Assembly (NCBI RefSeq): GCF_001194135.2
Contig: NC_069003.1
Span: forward strand, 22,446,075-22,510,074
Length of the DNA stretch: 64,000 nt
Direction: 5' to 3'
DNA from: Octopus bimaculoides
Taxonomy: Eukaryota
A program made the position numbers and the translations under genes. Positions 63,095 to 64,000 of this stretch are shown in pieces; the stretch's first letter is position 1, and the number at the start of each line of letters is the position of its first letter. A model generated the notes under the pieces. That model made no database searches. It saw only the letters and a list, made by a program, of their open reading frames with translations, and was not told where the DNA came from.

Positions 63095-63961
63095 TACATT
63101 ACGCTGTAAAAAAAAAAAAGTAGTGATGAAGGCTTGAACAGGTCTTGATTACGGCTATCCCTGGGTTACATATCACCACCACTGTCACCATCACCTTATC
63201 ACTTCTGCCATCATTATCATCACCATCACCATCAGTTCTTAATTCTTTTTTGTTTCATTTTTATTTTTAAAGGTTTTTCNNNNNNNNNNNNNNNNNNNNN
63301 NNNNNNNNNNNNNNNNNNNNNNNNNNNNNNNNNNNNNNNNNNNNNNNNNNNNNNNNNNNNNNNNNNNNNNNNNNNNNNNNNNNNNNNNNNNNNNNNNNNN
63401 NNNNNNNNNNNNNNNNNNNNNNNNNNNNNNNNNNNNNNNNNNNNNNNNNNNNNNNNNNNNNNNNNNNNNNNNNNNNNNNNNNNNNNNNNNNNNNNNNNNN
63501 NNNNNNNNNNNNNNNNNNNNNNNNNNNNNNNNNNNNNNNNNNNNNNNNNNNNNNNNNNNNNNNNNNNNNNNNNNNNNNNNNNNNNNNNNNNNNNNNNNNN
63601 NNNNNNNNNNNNNNNNNNNNNNNNNNNNNNGGTAACATTGACTCCGTGTACTACCGACTGTCGGATGATAAGGTCTTGAGTACCATATGAAAGGAGGAAC
63701 AACAACGGCAGTGGAGACCACCTGCTTTCCCTTGCGTCACCCTGGTAACCCCAGCATCCCACACATCACAGACAGTATCCCACCTTTCACCAGTCACATC
63801 GCCTCCACCACCACCATCACCATCATCCTCACCACCAAAAGCGCCACAAACTTCCTCTTACTGCGGTTGTTGTGATCTGTCCTTGATTTTCAAGGTCTTA
63901 CGTGGGTGGTTGTACATGTGTATATTATGAGTGTATATTATATGCTATTATGTATATGATG

Positions 63962-64000
<39 letters not shown>

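Noticed and set aside
61466-64000. Final BTBD9 exon (expected VFHCVHFECP)
   Set aside because: No such translation found; it lies in the 63280-63630 gap or beyond the window.

Overview
Eukaryotic, AT-rich, repeat-dense genomic DNA. The SINE, LINE and microsatellite content looks like an octopus (coleoid cephalopod) genome; this is inferred from repeat recognition only. Two multi-exon genes lie on the + strand. (1) The 3' part of CWC22, a spliceosomal factor that loads the exon junction complex (EJC): 9 exons, 706-22220, encoding the MA3 domain and a long Ser-rich then Arg/Asp-rich tail. (2) BTBD9 (BTB-BACK plus two discoidin-like repeats): 10 clearly supported exons, 48553-61465, plus a probable first coding exon at 38050-38121; the last exon was not found. 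All exons were joined by hand and phases are consistent with GT-AG introns. Introns and the ~16 kb intergenic region hold tRNA-derived SINEs, RTE-type LINE remnants, R4/Dong-like 3' fragments in (TAA)n, Penelope-like pieces, and hAT, piggyBac-like and Tc1/mariner MITEs. The best leads are: minimal hammerhead-ribozyme-like motifs with a variant core, one at the end of a ~1 kb fold-back; a divergent CWC22 MA3 domain; retroelement-derived out-of-frame acceptors and a reconstituted 5' splice site in CWC22; a CpG-retaining intronic segment with a cUUCGg hairpin; and an unresolved, extended BTBD9 N-terminus in a ~7.5 kb CpG-rich domain. No prokaryotic features or CRISPR arrays were found. Family assignments rest on recalled motifs, not database searches.
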